A stretch of DNA of 64,000 nucleotides. Origin: Mobula hypostoma. Taxonomy: Eukaryota. Below are positions 38,098 to 51,322 of the stretch, piece after piece. A program made the position numbers and the translations under genes. The notes under the pieces were generated by a model, which did not search any database, was not told the DNA's origin, and worked only from the letters and a program-made list of their open reading frames with translations. Location: positions 75,330,001 through 75,394,000 of the forward strand of contig NC_086101.1 of assembly GCF_963921235.1 (NCBI RefSeq), in the 5' to 3' direction. Each line of letters opens with the position of its first letter. Position 1 is the stretch's first letter.

Positions 38098-38475
38098 TCA
38101 TCATTATGTGCCATGTCATATAACTGGTCCATCATGGTCTTTCCATAACCATGATTGTTCTTGGCAAATTCTTCTACAGAAGTGTTTGCCATTGCTTTCT
38201 TCTGGGCAGTGTCTTTACAAGGCGGGTGACCACAGCCATTACCAATACTCTTCAGAGATTGTTTGCCTGGCATCAGTGGTCACATAACCAGGGCATGTGA
38301 TATGTACCAGCTGCTCATACAACCACCTACCTCCTGCTCCCGTGGCTTCTCATGACCCTGATCGGGGGGCTAAGCAGGTGCTACACCTTGCCCAAGGGTG
38401 ACCTCTAGGCTAGCAGAGGGAAGGAGCGACTGACACCTCATTTGGTAGAGATGTATCTCCACCCTGCCACCCATA
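38098..38475 (-). mobile_element. RTE-tailed SINE family A, copy 2
   Basis: Homologous to 6413-6797. Confidence 0.72.
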
Positions 38476-39023
38476 GTTCATGGTAAGGTACCATAAATTA
38501 TTTCAAGGAATAGTTTCAGCAGTGTGACTTGAAACCCACAACATACTAATCCAGAAGAGAGAGTGCTCTCCACAGAGCCATAACTGACAGTTAAAATTAC
38601 ATTCAAAGTTAGAAGGGGGAAGATTTCAGTACAGAGAGTGAGCAGGGAGAACGGAGACATTATAGGTTTCAAATTCAATGCAATACTTGACTCCTTTTCA
38701 TGAATTAATTATGCTTCTGGTATTTCATAAACAAAGCTTAATGCTGCCTGTATTTATTAGTCATACAATTTGCAAATTGCAGTTGGCTTATATTTGTTAA
38801 ATGTCAAAATCCCTTAACAAATTTATAAAGAATGCGTCGATGCCCTTTGTTTTTGCTCTCTTATTGGTTATCAATATTCAATGTTACTTGTTCATAGGGG
38901 CATGTGTAGTAAGCTACTTGCTCGTGTTCATAGGGGTACGTGTAGCTCTCTTAGTGAAATATTTATCATTATTTACTGAAATATTTATCATAGACCATAT
39001 TCACGCACTTTTTATTTTGCCAG

Positions 39024-39131
39024 AATGCCTACAAACATGCCTGGGACACAATCAAAGCAACAAGCTACACGATCCCTGGTGATTCCTTCTCAATAGCTTT
39101 GGCCAAGAATCAGAAAAATATTCTTAGTCCG
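39024..39131 (+). CDS. NEB: Nebulin exon 17, NAYKHAWDTIKATSY...ILSP
   Basis: tgccag| and |gtaaga; 108 nt. Confidence 0.94.
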
Positions 39132-39277
39132 GTAAGAAGAGAATTCTAACCATATGTGTAAACCTAAATATACTTTCACTAAGCCCAGGTAAATGCTATT
39201 GACAATGATCAAAAAGTATCATCATGTCTTTTTCTATTCATTTCTTTTGTTTAAACTGTGTGTGCTCAAACTTTTAG

Positions 39278-39391
39278 ATAAAGTACCGGGAACAATACGA
39301 GAAGTTTAAGGCTCTTTATACACTGCCAAACTCTGTGGAGGAAGATCCTCATACACTGCACTGTCTGAAAACTGGAAAATTAATCCTTGAT
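39278..39391 (+). CDS. NEB: Nebulin exon 18, IKYREQYEKFKALYTLP...LILD
   Basis: ttttag| and |gtaagt; 114 nt. Confidence 0.95.
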
Positions 39392-39911
39392 GTAAGTCGG
39401 TGTTCAGATTACACAGTGTATTCAAAATGACTGGACCAGAATAATATGTATTGTTCTCCAAATGTGATCCTACTATTTTTTGGCCAATATGACAGTTAGT
39501 GTCCAGTTTTACAAAAAGGGTTATTCTTCACTATTTCAGAGATTAGATACACTGGAGGTTGAACAGTTTTATTATTATGTAATGTCACCTTCTCAAAATA
39601 TGTGCAAAAGTTTCTCCTAGATTAGATATGTGTAGAGAATCCAATATCCAATGGTTATCCAACATGACTATTAACAAAGTGACCATGACCAATCACTGTA
39701 ACATTTACTTACAAATGAAAGTTTACATTCTCAGAAATGCTGTAAGGGATCAAGACCAGAATCATAGATGGTTTCAGACTAAAAGAAGTACATAGCACTC
39801 ACATATCACACTAACATTCATGTAAGAGTTGAGGAAAAATTTTCCTTCATTGTAAACTTCGATACCTAATTATTTAAGTAGTTCTTGTTTTCCTTAAGCT
39901 TGTTGCTATAG

Positions 39912-40476
39912 AGGGGAGTGGTAATGGTGACAAGCTCCCATTGCCTATTAAATGCTCCCAATGGCATGCACCTCAAATAGCCTCTGGTAAGCAGGTCCAG
40001 CTCTTGGCCTTCACCTGTAACTTAGCCACTAAGCATGGTGGAACTGTTTCTACTGACAAGAGAAGGGGAAAAGCTGGGTTATTAACGCCTTAAAACCAGT
40101 TGCTTCGGGCAGATGGGGCTCATCAGTCGTGGTTGGCAGCTCATCTAGGAGAAGGAAAACTCTGATCTCAAACCTCTGCTGCCATGGGGCTATACCCACT
40201 CATGAGGAAGGTTTTAGGAGTATCCCTTTGGGAAAAGATCTGGGGCTGTAGTCCCTAAGTGAGTCTTACAGTGAGTTCAGCATTGATTAGCAACTCCTGC
40301 GATGCTGCTGATGCCTAACTGTATTGGTCTCTGATATTGCTTTAGGTTTATCAGATGCATGGAGAGGGGGAGCTTGCTTCATGCGCCACAGCTTGCTCTG
40401 CCTATTGTACTGCCCAGACTTGTGTATCTAGACAGCGAGGACGCAACATTCGCGGTCAACTGACTGATGGAGGCCT
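39912..40476 (+). mobile_element. Non-autonomous RTE-related repeat family B (uninterrupted copy)
   Basis: ggagaaggaaaactctgatctcaaacc RTE-5'UTR-like word; homolog at 42820-43905 is interrupted. Confidence 0.6.
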
Positions 40477-40753
40477 TCTTAATCCTAAACTTACTGCATT
40501 TATTTTGTGTTAATATATCATATATAGCTTTTTTAAAATTATAAATCTGTGGCAAAGGAAGCATTCAGATCTCCATTAGGCCATTAAAGTTTCTCAGAGT
40601 GTAAAATATTACCCTCAAATTACAGTGACTTGCTGTGTTGTGTTTCTATCCCAAAATAGACAAGAGACTGTTTTAGAAGTTTTGCTGAATAAGGATAGAC
40701 AAAAGGGTGAAAGTTCAGAGATCCTTGACCATTCTGCATTATATTTTCTGCAG

Positions 40754-40951
40754 CGTCTGTATAGGAGTAATTATGAAAAGAACAAGATGAAGATACACAT
40801 CATGCCCGATATGATGGAGGTGGTTGCTGCCAGAGACACTCAGGCTAAGGTCAGCGATATTGACTATCGCAAGTACCTTCATGAATGGATATGTCTGCCA
40901 GATCTGCAGATTAACATTCATGCCAGGAAAGTCAGCGAACAGTTAAGTGAT
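40754..40951 (+). CDS. NEB: Nebulin exon 19, RLYRSNYEKNKMKIH...HEWICLPD...QLSD
   Basis: ctgcag| and |gtaagt; 198 nt. Confidence 0.96.
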
Positions 40952-41503
40952 GTAAGTATTTGGCTGCGTCTTTTATCCCACCCCACTGAATCTATGTCAC
41001 TGAATTTTGTTGAGGAACAACAAAAAAGTTATTAGTATCTATCTGAAAACCTTCCTGCCAGTGTAGGGAAGATTCAGACTTGGATCTCAAAAGGGAACAA
41101 TGCAACATTGAACTGGGAAGCAAATGCAGGGCACGGGTTTTAAGAGCAACAAAAATAGTTCTGATTGGATGCTTGTCCCAAAGTGCTGTAACAGGGTCAA
41201 TGAGCCAAGTGGTCTGCTTTTGTGGAATTGTCTGCTTAATTCAACTGGTAAATGTATAATCAGACAGGTTTGAGGTTTGATTTCTGAACATTGCTGAGGA
41301 AGACAATCACAACCACACGTTCTACAAAGGTAGAAGGGGGATGTAGAATTATTGAACCATTTTATAAAGTGTTTGTTTCTCAATAATACTCCATGGTTGA
41401 ATATTTTATCATCTACAGCAACATATTACAGAATAAAAGAGAATGAAGAGGGCCATTCAGCTCCCAAGTTTATCCCTCAGAAGGATTCAATGTTCCTCTA
41501 CAC

Positions 41504-41582
41504 CAGGGGTTCCCAGCTGTTTTATGCCTTGGACCCCTACCATTAACTGAGGGGCCTGTGGACCCCAGATTGGGAACCCCTG
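41504..41582 (+). mobile_element. 79-bp hAT-type MITE (degenerate inverted copy 61211-61290)
   Basis: TIR caggggttccca/tgggaacccctg; 8-bp TSD ctctacRc. Confidence 0.85.
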
Positions 41583-42259
41583 CTCTACGCATTTTCTTAT
41601 TTTTCTCCTTAAATGATTCCAGCTTATCTTTTCTTACTTCAGAATAGCTTATTCACATTATTTTCCATTTTGTCGTCCTCTAGAACACAAATTCTCAATT
41701 TAATGCAGGACAAGAATAAGTTTTTCTGATGACCAATATCTGACTCTTAGGCAGATGTTGGATCTTCATTTTCTTTGGATCTTATTCTCGGTTCTCTCAA
41801 AAAGGGGCTGAGTGTTTGCTGGGTAGTATGGAAGCCATAGACATGAGAAAATTTTGCAGAGGCTGGAAATCCAGAGCAACACACACAAAATGCTGGAGGA
41901 ACTCATCGGATCCGGCAGCATCTATGGAAGTCAGAGAGGTGCAAATAAGGGTGGAAGAAATAGGAGTTCTGCTTTTCCCAACTAGAGAGTAAAAGGTGCC
42001 CATAGTAACGTGCTCCAGCAGGAGGTCCATGACACCAAGTGAGAAGGAACAAGGGAGTACAGGAATATATAGAACAGCACAGTGAGATTACAGAGACGCT
42101 TGGCAATACCTATCCAAAGTACCATTACAAATCACACGTCGTTGCTGGATTTGTCTCCCTAACTTCACGTGGATGACTTGTTGACTGCTCAGTTACTGGA
42201 CATCTCACATCACTGTCACAAGTGTGTCTGAGCCGGAAATGGGGAGGGAGGTACGTAAC

Positions 42260-42760
42260 AGAAGATAGCACAGTACAGGCCATTCATAAACGATGTTGTG
42301 CCAAACTTTTAAGCTACTCCAACATCACCCTAACCCTTCCCTCATGTTTTTCTTTTATCCATGTGCCTTTCTAAGAGTCCTTTAGATGTCCTAATGTATC
42401 TGATTCTACTACCATCCCCAGTAGTGTGTTCCACACACCCACCACTCTCTGTGTAAAACACCTTTCTCTAACATCACCCTAAACTTTCCTCCAGTCATTT
42501 TAAAAGCATGTCCTCTCATATTACCCATCACCAGCCTGAGAAAACAGTGCTGGCTGTCCATTGCTATCTATGCCTCTTATCATCTTAGACACCTCTATCA
42601 CCTCTCATCATCCTTCACTCTAAAGAGGAAAGCCCGAGCTCACTCAAATATTCCTCATAAAACATGCTCTCTAATCCAGGCAGTATTCTGGTAAATATCG
42701 TCTGCACCCTCTCTAAAACTTCCATATAATTCCTATATTGAGGCTATAATGTGACCAACA
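42260..42760 (-). mobile_element. CR1 LINE 3' fragment (similar: 4460-4920, 45185-45590, 55670-56600)
   Basis: Reverse complement of the CR1 ORF2 end and 3' UTR seen intact at 59800-60250. Confidence 0.72.
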
Positions 42761-42872
42761 GGAGATTAGTCTAATACTATGAGTATAAGAAAGGGTGGTT
42801 TCTTCAGTTTATTATAGCCGGGGGTGGTAGTGGGGATAAGCTCCCACTACCTATTAAATGCTCCCAATGGTG

Positions 42873-43592
42873 TACATCACACGATTTGTACCAGCAGGCC
42901 AACCTCTAGAGCACCATATAACATCAAAAGATGTAAGCTTTCTGCACGTTGCTCGGGACTGGAAAATGGACGTGGACTTGGAAAAAAAGCTTGTGTTTCC
43001 CCCAGACACTGCGGCTATAACACTCCGGCCAGACAGGGTCCTGTGGTCCACAACAGCCAAGCTGGCGTATGTTGTGGAATTGACAGTCCCATGGGAAGAT
43101 GGTGTCAAAGAAGCTTATGAGAGGAAAAAGACCAAGTACTCTGAACTGGCAAATGAAGCTGCCCAGAATGGCTGGAAGACCAAGATTTTCCCTGTAGAAG
43201 TGGGATGCAGGGGATTTGTTGCTACATCTACGACCAGTCTATCGAAGAAGATGGGGGTGAGGGGTCACTCCGTCTGACAAACAGTCTAGTCCTTGTCAAA
43301 TGCAGCAGCAGAAAGCAGCAATTGGATTTGGATTAAAAGGAAAGACAACGACTGGGCTGCAAGATGAAGACAGGAGGGTATGGAACTGAGAGGGTGTATC
43401 TGGGATGCCAGGTAGCACCGTTGAGCCCTCTGGAGATGTCGTGGGCTTATCAATGAAACGTCAAAGAACCTGATGACCCCGATGACGTGCCTACCCTCCT
43501 TCCTTGTCACCACTCCAAGCCCACTGCCAACATCGAGAGAGCCGACTTACCATGGGGAATGAAACATCAGGTCCTAGTAGCTCTACTCTACT
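42873..43592 (+). mobile_element. 5'-truncated RLE-encoding non-LTR retrotransposon (HERO/NeSL-like)
   Basis: LRPDRVLWS...VVELTVPWED...ERKKTKY...PVEVGCRGF restriction-like endonuclease; inserted in a family-B repeat. Confidence 0.85.
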
Positions 43593-44190
43593 TCTCAAAT
43601 AGCTTCTGACAACCAAGTCCAGATCCTGGCCTTCACGTGTGCCCTAGCTACTAAGCCCAGCAGAACAGTTTCTACTGACAGGAGAAGGGGCAAATGCAGG
43701 TTCCTGGTGCCCTGAACCCAGTTACTTTGGGCAGATGGGGTTCATCAGCCATGGTTGGCAGTTTGGATATGCCAGCTGTGGGGAGAGGGGGAGCCTACTG
43801 CATGGGCAACACCCTGCTCTACATATCGTACTGCACTGGCTTGAGCATCACTTTGACGGCTAGGGCATAACATCCATGGTTGAGCCAACCAACTCAGGGC
43901 CTCAAGAAAGAGGCATTTCTGTTGTCTCAGGCTTCACAAATATTCCCTGCAGACTTGTGCTACATCTCCCACATGCTCTATCAAGTCAATGAATAGGCTG
44001 CCCACCATCTGATACAGAGTTGAGCATGCATAGCCTGACTTACCTTCAAATAACCTACCGTCAGTGTGCAAGGAGGCTGTCCTTCAATATTTCCAAAGCT
44101 ATTTTCTTTCAGCAAGAAATGGCTTCTGAAGTAGGTAAAATTCATTCCTGTGTCATTGAAGTTCATTGATGTCTTTTATATTCCTTCCAG

Positions 44191-44295
44191 GTTCTCTACA
44201 AAGATGACCTTAACTGGCTTAAAGGAATTGGATGCAACGTGTGGGACACTCCACTGATTCTTCATGCCAAGAAATCCTATGATCTGCAAAGTGAT
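44191..44295 (+). CDS. NEB: Nebulin exon 20, VLYKDDLNWLKGIGCNVWDTP...LQSD
   Basis: ttccag| and |gtatgt; WLKGIG motif. Confidence 0.97.
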
Positions 44296-44416
44296 GTATG
44301 TTAGAATGAGCCATACTCCTGCTGTGACTTTTATATTGCATATAAAAGCTTTCTCTCAGATCACTTGTTTAAACAGGTTTTTATAGTTTTGGTGAATTCT
44401 GCTTACCCCCCTGCAG

Positions 44417-44521
44417 ATTCAGTACAAGGCAAAGGCTGAGGCAACGAGGTTGAACTTCACACCCGTTTTGGAAACCCCAGTCTACACACAAGCTGTCAAC
44501 AGTTCTCAACAGCTGAGTGAA
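44417..44521 (+). CDS. NEB: Nebulin exon 21, IQYKAKAEATR...QLSE
   Basis: ctgcag| and |gtaagt; 105 nt. Confidence 0.94.
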
Positions 44522-44824
44522 GTAAGTGTCTTGAAATAATGTATGGAAAGATGAAATAATGTACGGAAATATGCTTCTCTCCCGGCAACGCCGAGTCCAT
44601 GAATGCCGTAGAAATCTACAGTCGACCACAATGCAGCTCGGCTTCTGGGGGCTGTTGGGGAACAGCACCAACTCTTGCCAGCACCTACGCCAAACCACCC
44701 CCTCTATACAGCGATAAGCTCTAAGTTCTGCTGATAGCAGTTGGTGAGAAAAGAAAGATAAGCGTTTTCTAATAACATAGTGTGGCAGGGATAGTTTTCT
44801 TATCATTCATAACTGGTTAATTGG

Positions 44825-45130
44825 ACGTCGCGGTAGCTAGCGGTTAGCACAACGCTATTACAGCTTGGGGCATTCCAGAGTTCAGACTTCAGTTCTGCCA
44901 CTATCTGTAAGGAATCTCTGTGCATTCTCCCCCACGGAATGCATGGGTTTTCCCTGGATGCTTCAGTTTCCTCTCACAGTCCATAGACGTGCCGGATAGG
45001 TTCAATGGTCAGTGTAAGTTGTCCTGCGATTAGGTTGGGGTTAATTGGGTTTGTCAGGGTTGCTGGGGCGGCGTGGCACAATGAGCCAGAAGGGCCTACT
45101 CCCCGCTCTACAGCAAGATAAATAAATCAA
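44825..45130 (+). mobile_element. V-SINE (another copy ~45610-45865)
   Basis: tRNA head, V core, A-rich tail. Confidence 0.75.
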
Positions 45131-46514
45131 ATATAACAGGTAGCTTACGTGCAGCTAAATGAATGAAGTAAGTGTTGCCAATTAGAAAATAGAACACTGC
45201 AGCACAGTACAGGCCCTTCGGCCTGCAATACTGTGCTGAAACTTTAGCTTACTCTAAGATCAATCTAACCCTTCCCCCTACATTACCCCCCAATTTTCTA
45301 TCATCTATGTGCCTATCTGAGAGTTTCTTAAATGTTCCAAATGTACCTGCCTCTTCCACCAATCCTGGCAGGGGATTCCATGCATTCACCACTCTGTGTG
45401 AAAAATCTACCTCTGACATCCCCCCACTACTTGCCTCCAACCTCCTTAAAATTATGCCGTCCCCTCCAGAATTAACCATTTCCACCCTGTGACAAGTTTT
45501 TTGGCTTTCTACTGGATATATGGTTCTTATCATCTTGTACACCTCTATCAGTCACTTCTCATCCTCCTTTGTTCAATTCTATGGCAGCTACAGTCATTCA
45601 TAGCTCCAATCAAGTGCCAACACCTTTATCCTTCCATTCCCTAACTGTTGGCAACATTGAGCCCTGCTCTGGTAATACAACAGGATACATGAGGGTTTCC
45701 TCCAGATGCTCTGGTTTCCTCCTACAGTCCAAAGACTTACTGTTTGGTAGGTTAATTGGTCATTGTAAATTGTCCTGTCGTTGGTTAGGATTAAGTCGGG
45801 GGTTGCTGGACAGTGCGGCTCGAAGGGCCGTAAGAGCCTATTCCGCACTGTATCTCAGTAAATAAGTCACACCTTTTAGATTTTATCCTGGGGAAGCCTG
45901 TGAAAAAAGTGAGCTACTTTACTTTTTAAACTTAATGTCTTAATTATTTGTTAGCATTTTTTTCCTGGTTTAAGTGTACCTAATGTGTTTTTTAATGATT
46001 TGAACCATTCCTGAATGCGTCGATCTGGACTCTGGAGCAGGCCTTCAGCGAGGAGTCAACCCATAGGCACCTCCACTTCCCAGATACAGAGGACCAATGA
46101 GTCATGCCCACTGCACCTGGCCAGGTGGTATCTCAGACAATGAGTCTAGGCAATGGGACAGGTCCAGCTTGATCCAGATCACTGCTTCAGACCCAAATGT
46201 TTCTGTGGATGCATTGAGCAACGCACACAGAATGCTGAGGCCCGAAATCTCAACTGTTTATTCCCTTCCATAGGTGTTGCTTGACTTACGAATTTTCTCC
46301 AGCATTTTGTATATCTTGCTCTAGGTTTCCAGTATCCGGAGAATTACTTCTATCTATGGATACATAATTAGCTTAAGAATACATGCATGTTTCACTAATA
46401 TTTGGATACTTGATGTATATCTAATAGATATCAGCCATATACCCTTCAGTATTGAAACATTTTGGAATGATCTGTCTAAATTAGTATTTCGTTAGGTTGA
46501 TCTATTTTAATAGG

Positions 46515-47092
46515 TAGTTACTGCCTGTATGCCACTGGTGTTCAGGGCATCAAAGAAGATCCTCCATCTCTATATGTTCTTAGCCATCAACCTCAGGTGT
46601 GGTTCAGGGTCCTAATTTCTGTCTCTACAGTACAGCACCATTGTCTTTGGTCTCCCATGTTTCCTCTGTCCTTCGGAGTCCAATGAAGTACCATCTTGAT
46701 GATGGAGTTGTCCTCTCTTCTCATCACTAGATATCTTGGCGGGATTCAGGGCTTCCTTCTTTGTGCCAGTAGCTTCCTCTTGGTTTTCAATCATGCAGAT
46801 CCCAGGTGGAGACTCAGGAATACCATCGCTCAACAGATATAGGATTCTTCATGACTGTTTCTGTAACAACTTTTGTTTGACCAGTCAGGGTTGTTAACCC
46901 TGAGCTGAACCCCAAACCTGGAGGACTGGTGGACCACTCTTAGCCTGGCCTCTACCCTTTCACCTGTTTGGCATGGGTGACCCTACCAAGAGTCAAAACA
47001 CAAAGCCCTGACTCCAGCCAACATAGCTCTCCAGGTCATTGAAGCATACAAGCCTCCAAACCCTATGACAAGGTTGTGGTCCTCTTGGAGGG
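46515..47092 (-). mobile_element. Non-autonomous RTE element with ORF C-terminal remnant
   Basis: GQRKHGRPKT peptide; 5' region shared with 36019-36435. Confidence 0.7.
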
Positions 47093-47329
47093 ACTTTAAC
47101 AGGACAATAAAATAATTGGGCAGTTTTTGTCATCTGCGATGAACACTGTCAGCTCATTACTGACTTTGGAAAGACAGCCAATACTCTCATCAGGTACTTC
47201 TGGACACTGTAGAATTAATTCTTTGCTATGAAATCATGCTTGTCGAAAACACCTCCAGAATCATGTTGAGCATAATATGAGGCAATCCTCCACAATATAA
47301 ATAAACAAATAGGGTTTGAAAAATAACCA

Positions 47330-49215
47330 ATTTGAAGGAAAGTAGCATCCATCATTAAGGAATCCCCCACCATCGAGCTAGGATCTCTTCTCACTGCTGC
47401 CATCTGGAAGAAGGTACAGGAGCCTCAAGACCCACACCAACAGTCTCAAAGTTCAACATTCAAAAGAGGTTCAGGATGACATCTAAAATATGACGAATTT
47501 CAATGGATATTGGCTGGCTGCATCATAACCTGGTATGGAAACACCAATGCCCTTGAACGGGAAATCCTACATAAAGTAGTGGACACTTCCTAGTCCATCA
47601 CATGTAAAGCACTCCCCCACCCCCCACCATTGAGCAGGTCTACACGGAGAACTGTTGTAGGAAAGCAGCATCCATCGCCAGGGTCCCCCCACAACCAGGC
47701 TGTCTTCTCACTGCTGCCATCAGGAAGGAGGTACAGACGCCTCCGGACTCTCACCACCAGATTCAGGAACAGTCACTACCCCTGAACCATCAAGCTCTTG
47801 AACAGAGAGGATAACTACACTCAACTTCACTTGTCCCATCGCTGAACAGTTTCCGCAACCTACTAACTCATTTTTAAAGACTCTTCATCTCATGTTCTTG
47901 ATATTTATTGTTTATTTATACTTTATACTTTATTGTCACCAAACAATTGATACTAGAACATACAATCATCACAGCCATATTTGATTCTGCGCTTCCCGCT
48001 CCCTGGATTACAAATATTAGATATTAAAAATAGTAAACATTAGTAAATATTAAAATTTTAAATTATAAATCATAAATAGAAAATAGAAAACTGGAAAGTA
48101 AGGTAGTACAAAAAAACCGAGAGGCAGGTTCGGATATTTGGAGGGTACGGCCCAGATCTGGGTCAGGATCCGTTCAGCAGTCTTATCACAGATGGAAAGA
48201 AGTTGTTCCCAAATCTGGCCATATGAGTCTTCAAGCTCCTTAGCCTTCTCCCGGAGGGAAGAGGGATGAAAAGTGTGTTGGCTGGGTGGGTCGTGTCCTT
48301 GATTATCCTGGCAGTACTGCTCTGACAGCGTGCGGTGTAAAGTGAGTCCAAGGACGGAAGATTGGTTTGTGTGATGTGCTGCGCCGTGTTCACGATCTTC
48401 TGCAGCTTCCTTCGGTCTTGGACAGGACAACTTATTTATTTATTATTATTATTTTTGTATTTACACAGTTTGTCTGTAGCATATTGGTAGTTTATCCACG
48501 CTTTTGGATATGGTCTTGCATTGATTCTATCGTGTTTCTGTAGTTACTGTGAACACCCACAAGAAAATGAACTTCAAGGTTGCATATGGTGGCATATATG
48601 TACTTTGATAATAAACTTACTTTGAGTCTGTTTTTAAACTCTGTGGTGAGTTTAAAAACAGTGCCTCTTTCACCTCAGATGGTTGAGGAAGTTTGGCAGG
48701 AGTCCCCAAATTCTAAGAACTTTCTACAGGGGCACAGTTGAGAGCATCCTGACTGACTGTATCACTGCCTGGTGTGGGAACTGTACTTCCCTCAATCACA
48801 GGACTCCACAGAGAGTGGTGTGGACAGCCCAGTGCATCTGTGGATATGAATTTCCCACTATGCAGGACATTTACAGATCCAGGTGCATAAAAAGGGCCTG
48901 AAGAATCATTGGGGACCCGAGTCACCCCAACCACAAACTGTAGCTGCTACCATCCGGGAAAAAGTACCGCAGCATAAAAGCCAGGACTGACAGGCTCTGG
49001 GACAGCTCCTTCCACCAGGCCATCAGACCGATTAATTCATGCTGACTCAATTGTATTTCTAAGCTATATTGTCTGTTCTGTTGTATATTTTACTGTACGT
49101 ACTATTTATTACAAATTACTAGAAATTGCACATTGCACATTTAGACGGAGACATAATGTAAAGATTTTTACTTCTGCTGTACGTGAAGGATGTAAGAAAT
49201 AAAGTCAGTTCAATT
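47330..49215. mobile_element. Cluster of Rex1/Babar-type LINE 3' fragments (+ 47330-48630 interrupted by - ~47910-48430; + 48660-49215)
   Basis: LRTFYRGTVESILTDCITAWCGNC; ARIIKDTTHPANTLFIPLPSGRR...FFPSVIRLLN. Confidence 0.8.
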
Positions 49216-49455
49216 CAAATTACAAGACTGCTGATCCTCATATAGCTGTTCCACGCAAAGGGAAGATCTGCTGCAGCTCCTTTGATTCACTGCACACTTT
49301 TATGACAAATGTGAGCCAAAAATGACCGAAGCTTCCTTTTCCTGAAGAACGCAACAAGGAATACAGCTAGGGCACATCCTGCAGCCCAGGGTGGAATTGT
49401 TAGCTGCTGCTGCTGTGGATTTTTTCCAATTATGTTCACATCCTGATTTTGCTGT

Positions 49456-49935
49456 TAATAATAATAATAATAATAACTTTATCAAGCATTTTCACACAGA
49501 TGATGTAGTTCAAAGTGCTTTATGCTGGGATAAAAGTACAATCATGAAAATAAAATAAAAAATAAAAGTAAACATGAAAATAAAATAAAAAATAAAAGTA
49601 AACATGAAAATAAAATACAAAGAGATGTTAGTTAAATGCAAGGTTAAATAAATAGGCTTTGTGCTGATATTTAAAAGTGTTAACGGAATCTGCATCCCTT
49701 ATAGTTTTAGGTATTGAATTCCACACTTTCGGAGCGTAGTTCAAAAAAGTTGACCTACCAATTAACTTCTGAAGGAGATTGTTTAAATTTAAGAGACTGG
49801 CGAAAGAAGACCTGAGAGCTCAAACGGAATTATAAAACAAAAACAACTCTGTGTTGTACTCCAGTCCCAGACCATTAAGAGCTTTAAAAACAAGTAAAAG
49901 AATGTTAAAATCAGTTCTAAACCATACAGGATAGA
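49456..49935 (-). mobile_element. L2 LINE 3' fragment with internal 30-bp tandem repeat
   Basis: FRTDFNILLLVFKALNGLG peptide; (TTA)n tail; 30-bp catgaaaataaaata...gtaaa unit x2.5 at 49543-49617. Confidence 0.75.
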
Positions 49936-50029
49936 TACAGGATTACAATTAGCGAGATTCAAAACCATTTGTGGTAATTAGTGCACAAAATACTGAAGTT
50001 GAATGAATTCTTTGCCCTCTGTTTTACAG

Positions 50030-50137
50030 AAGGTATATCGGAATAACTATATGATAAATATTAAAGGCAAGGTTGCCCCAACCACAAAGACTATGGAGCT
50101 GGACAGAGCCAGAGAAGCCAATAAATTACAGAGTGAG
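50030..50137 (+). CDS. NEB: Nebulin exon 22, KVYRNNYMINIKGKVAPTTKT...LQSE
   Basis: ttacag| and |gtaaat; 108 nt. Confidence 0.95.
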
Positions 50138-50220
50138 GTAAATACTGGATTCCATTTAAGTTTTCCATTGGTCCTTTGAAGCCTTCCCATCTATTTAACG
50201 CTGACTGTATTCTTTTGCAG

Positions 50221-50328
50221 AACCTGTACCGTGACGTTGGTCGAAGCAATCTCCCCAAGGGTTATACCCTTCCAGCAGATATTCCATCCTTAAAACATGC
50301 CAGGCATGTTGACCGTAACCGCAGTGAT
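50221..50328 (+). CDS. NEB: Nebulin exon 23, NLYRDVGRSNLPKGYTLP...RSD
   Basis: ttgcag| and |gtaagt; 108 nt. Confidence 0.94.
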
Positions 50329-51179
50329 GTAAGTACTGTATGAATAGCATTCTCTCTTAGAACCATTGTTATACAGTTTGATCTTACTCAGCCCTGAGTT
50401 TTAATCTAATGCTGTTTGCTTAACAGAGATGTTTTGATTTGCCTCATCTAATGTGTGTTATTATCAATGGCATCAACACACTGAACCATAAATTTAACCC
50501 ACTCAGGGATAAAAATTACAATCTCAGTACAGCACACAGGCAGAACGATCACCTACTTCCTCTCGGTGGTACCAGAGTCATCTGTCGTCACAAGTCCTTG
50601 CCCCAAATGGGACTTCAGGTTTCCTATTACTGGGTATTCCTGCACTTTACAGAATCAGAATCAGGTTTATATATGTAAAATATTCAAATTAAATAAGTAG
50701 TACAAAAATAGAAATAAAAAGTTAGTGAGGTAATGTTCAGGGGTTCAATATACATTCAGGAATCAGATAGCAGAGGGGATATCTGAGGAGGTTTTCATCC
50801 CTGTTCATACCTTGCTTTGGACACGTTTACTGGATCTAGACATATGATTTAATTCCCAGGATAAGCACATTTTACAATCATTATGTCTTCGGAATTTGCT
50901 AAATCCACTGAACAGGCTTTGAGATTTGATAATACACTTGATGTATCCAATTTCTTTAAGTTGCTGTCAGTGCAGCTTTTCAGCTGCAGTTCTAGTTTGT
51001 TCTTAATGCCAATATCATCATTAGACTTTGTGTCCAGTGTAACAGCCCACTAGGTCAGAGTATCAGGCTCTTCCACTATGCTCCACCAAGCACTTGGGCA
51101 GAGAACATCTTTTTTTCCAGCCATCTGGAAAACATACCTCCTTCTTCATACCTCCTCCTTGCAATTAGCCAAGAATCCA

Positions 51180-51322
51180 CAGTAGCACTTTCACCTCTGG
51201 GTCTGAAGAACATGGGTTCTCGAAACTAATGCATGGAACCCAGACCAATGCCCTGCCAAAGTGGTGCTGCACTGTCAGAGCTGAAATCTTTCAAGTTATA
51301 AATTAAAGCTTCTTCTGTCCCT
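51180..51322 (+). mobile_element. Old Deu-domain (SacSINE1-like) SINE fragment
   Basis: gtagcactttcacctctgggtctgaag...gtgctgcactgtcagag resembles the recalled SacSINE1 5' part; degenerate. Confidence 0.45.

Noticed and set aside
43427-43476. GAAACGUC and CUGAUGA words in the HERO-like 3' UTR, suggesting a permuted hammerhead
   Set aside because: Only 7 nt (aaagaac) separate them, so stem I cannot form and stem II arms do not pair; the upstream alternative core reads CUGGAGA. More likely an ordinary gatgt/acgtc 3' UTR stem.
49543-49617. CRISPR-like or functional repeat array
   Set aside because: Simple head-to-tail 30-bp A-rich duplication without spacers, inside an L2 3' UTR in a eukaryotic intron.
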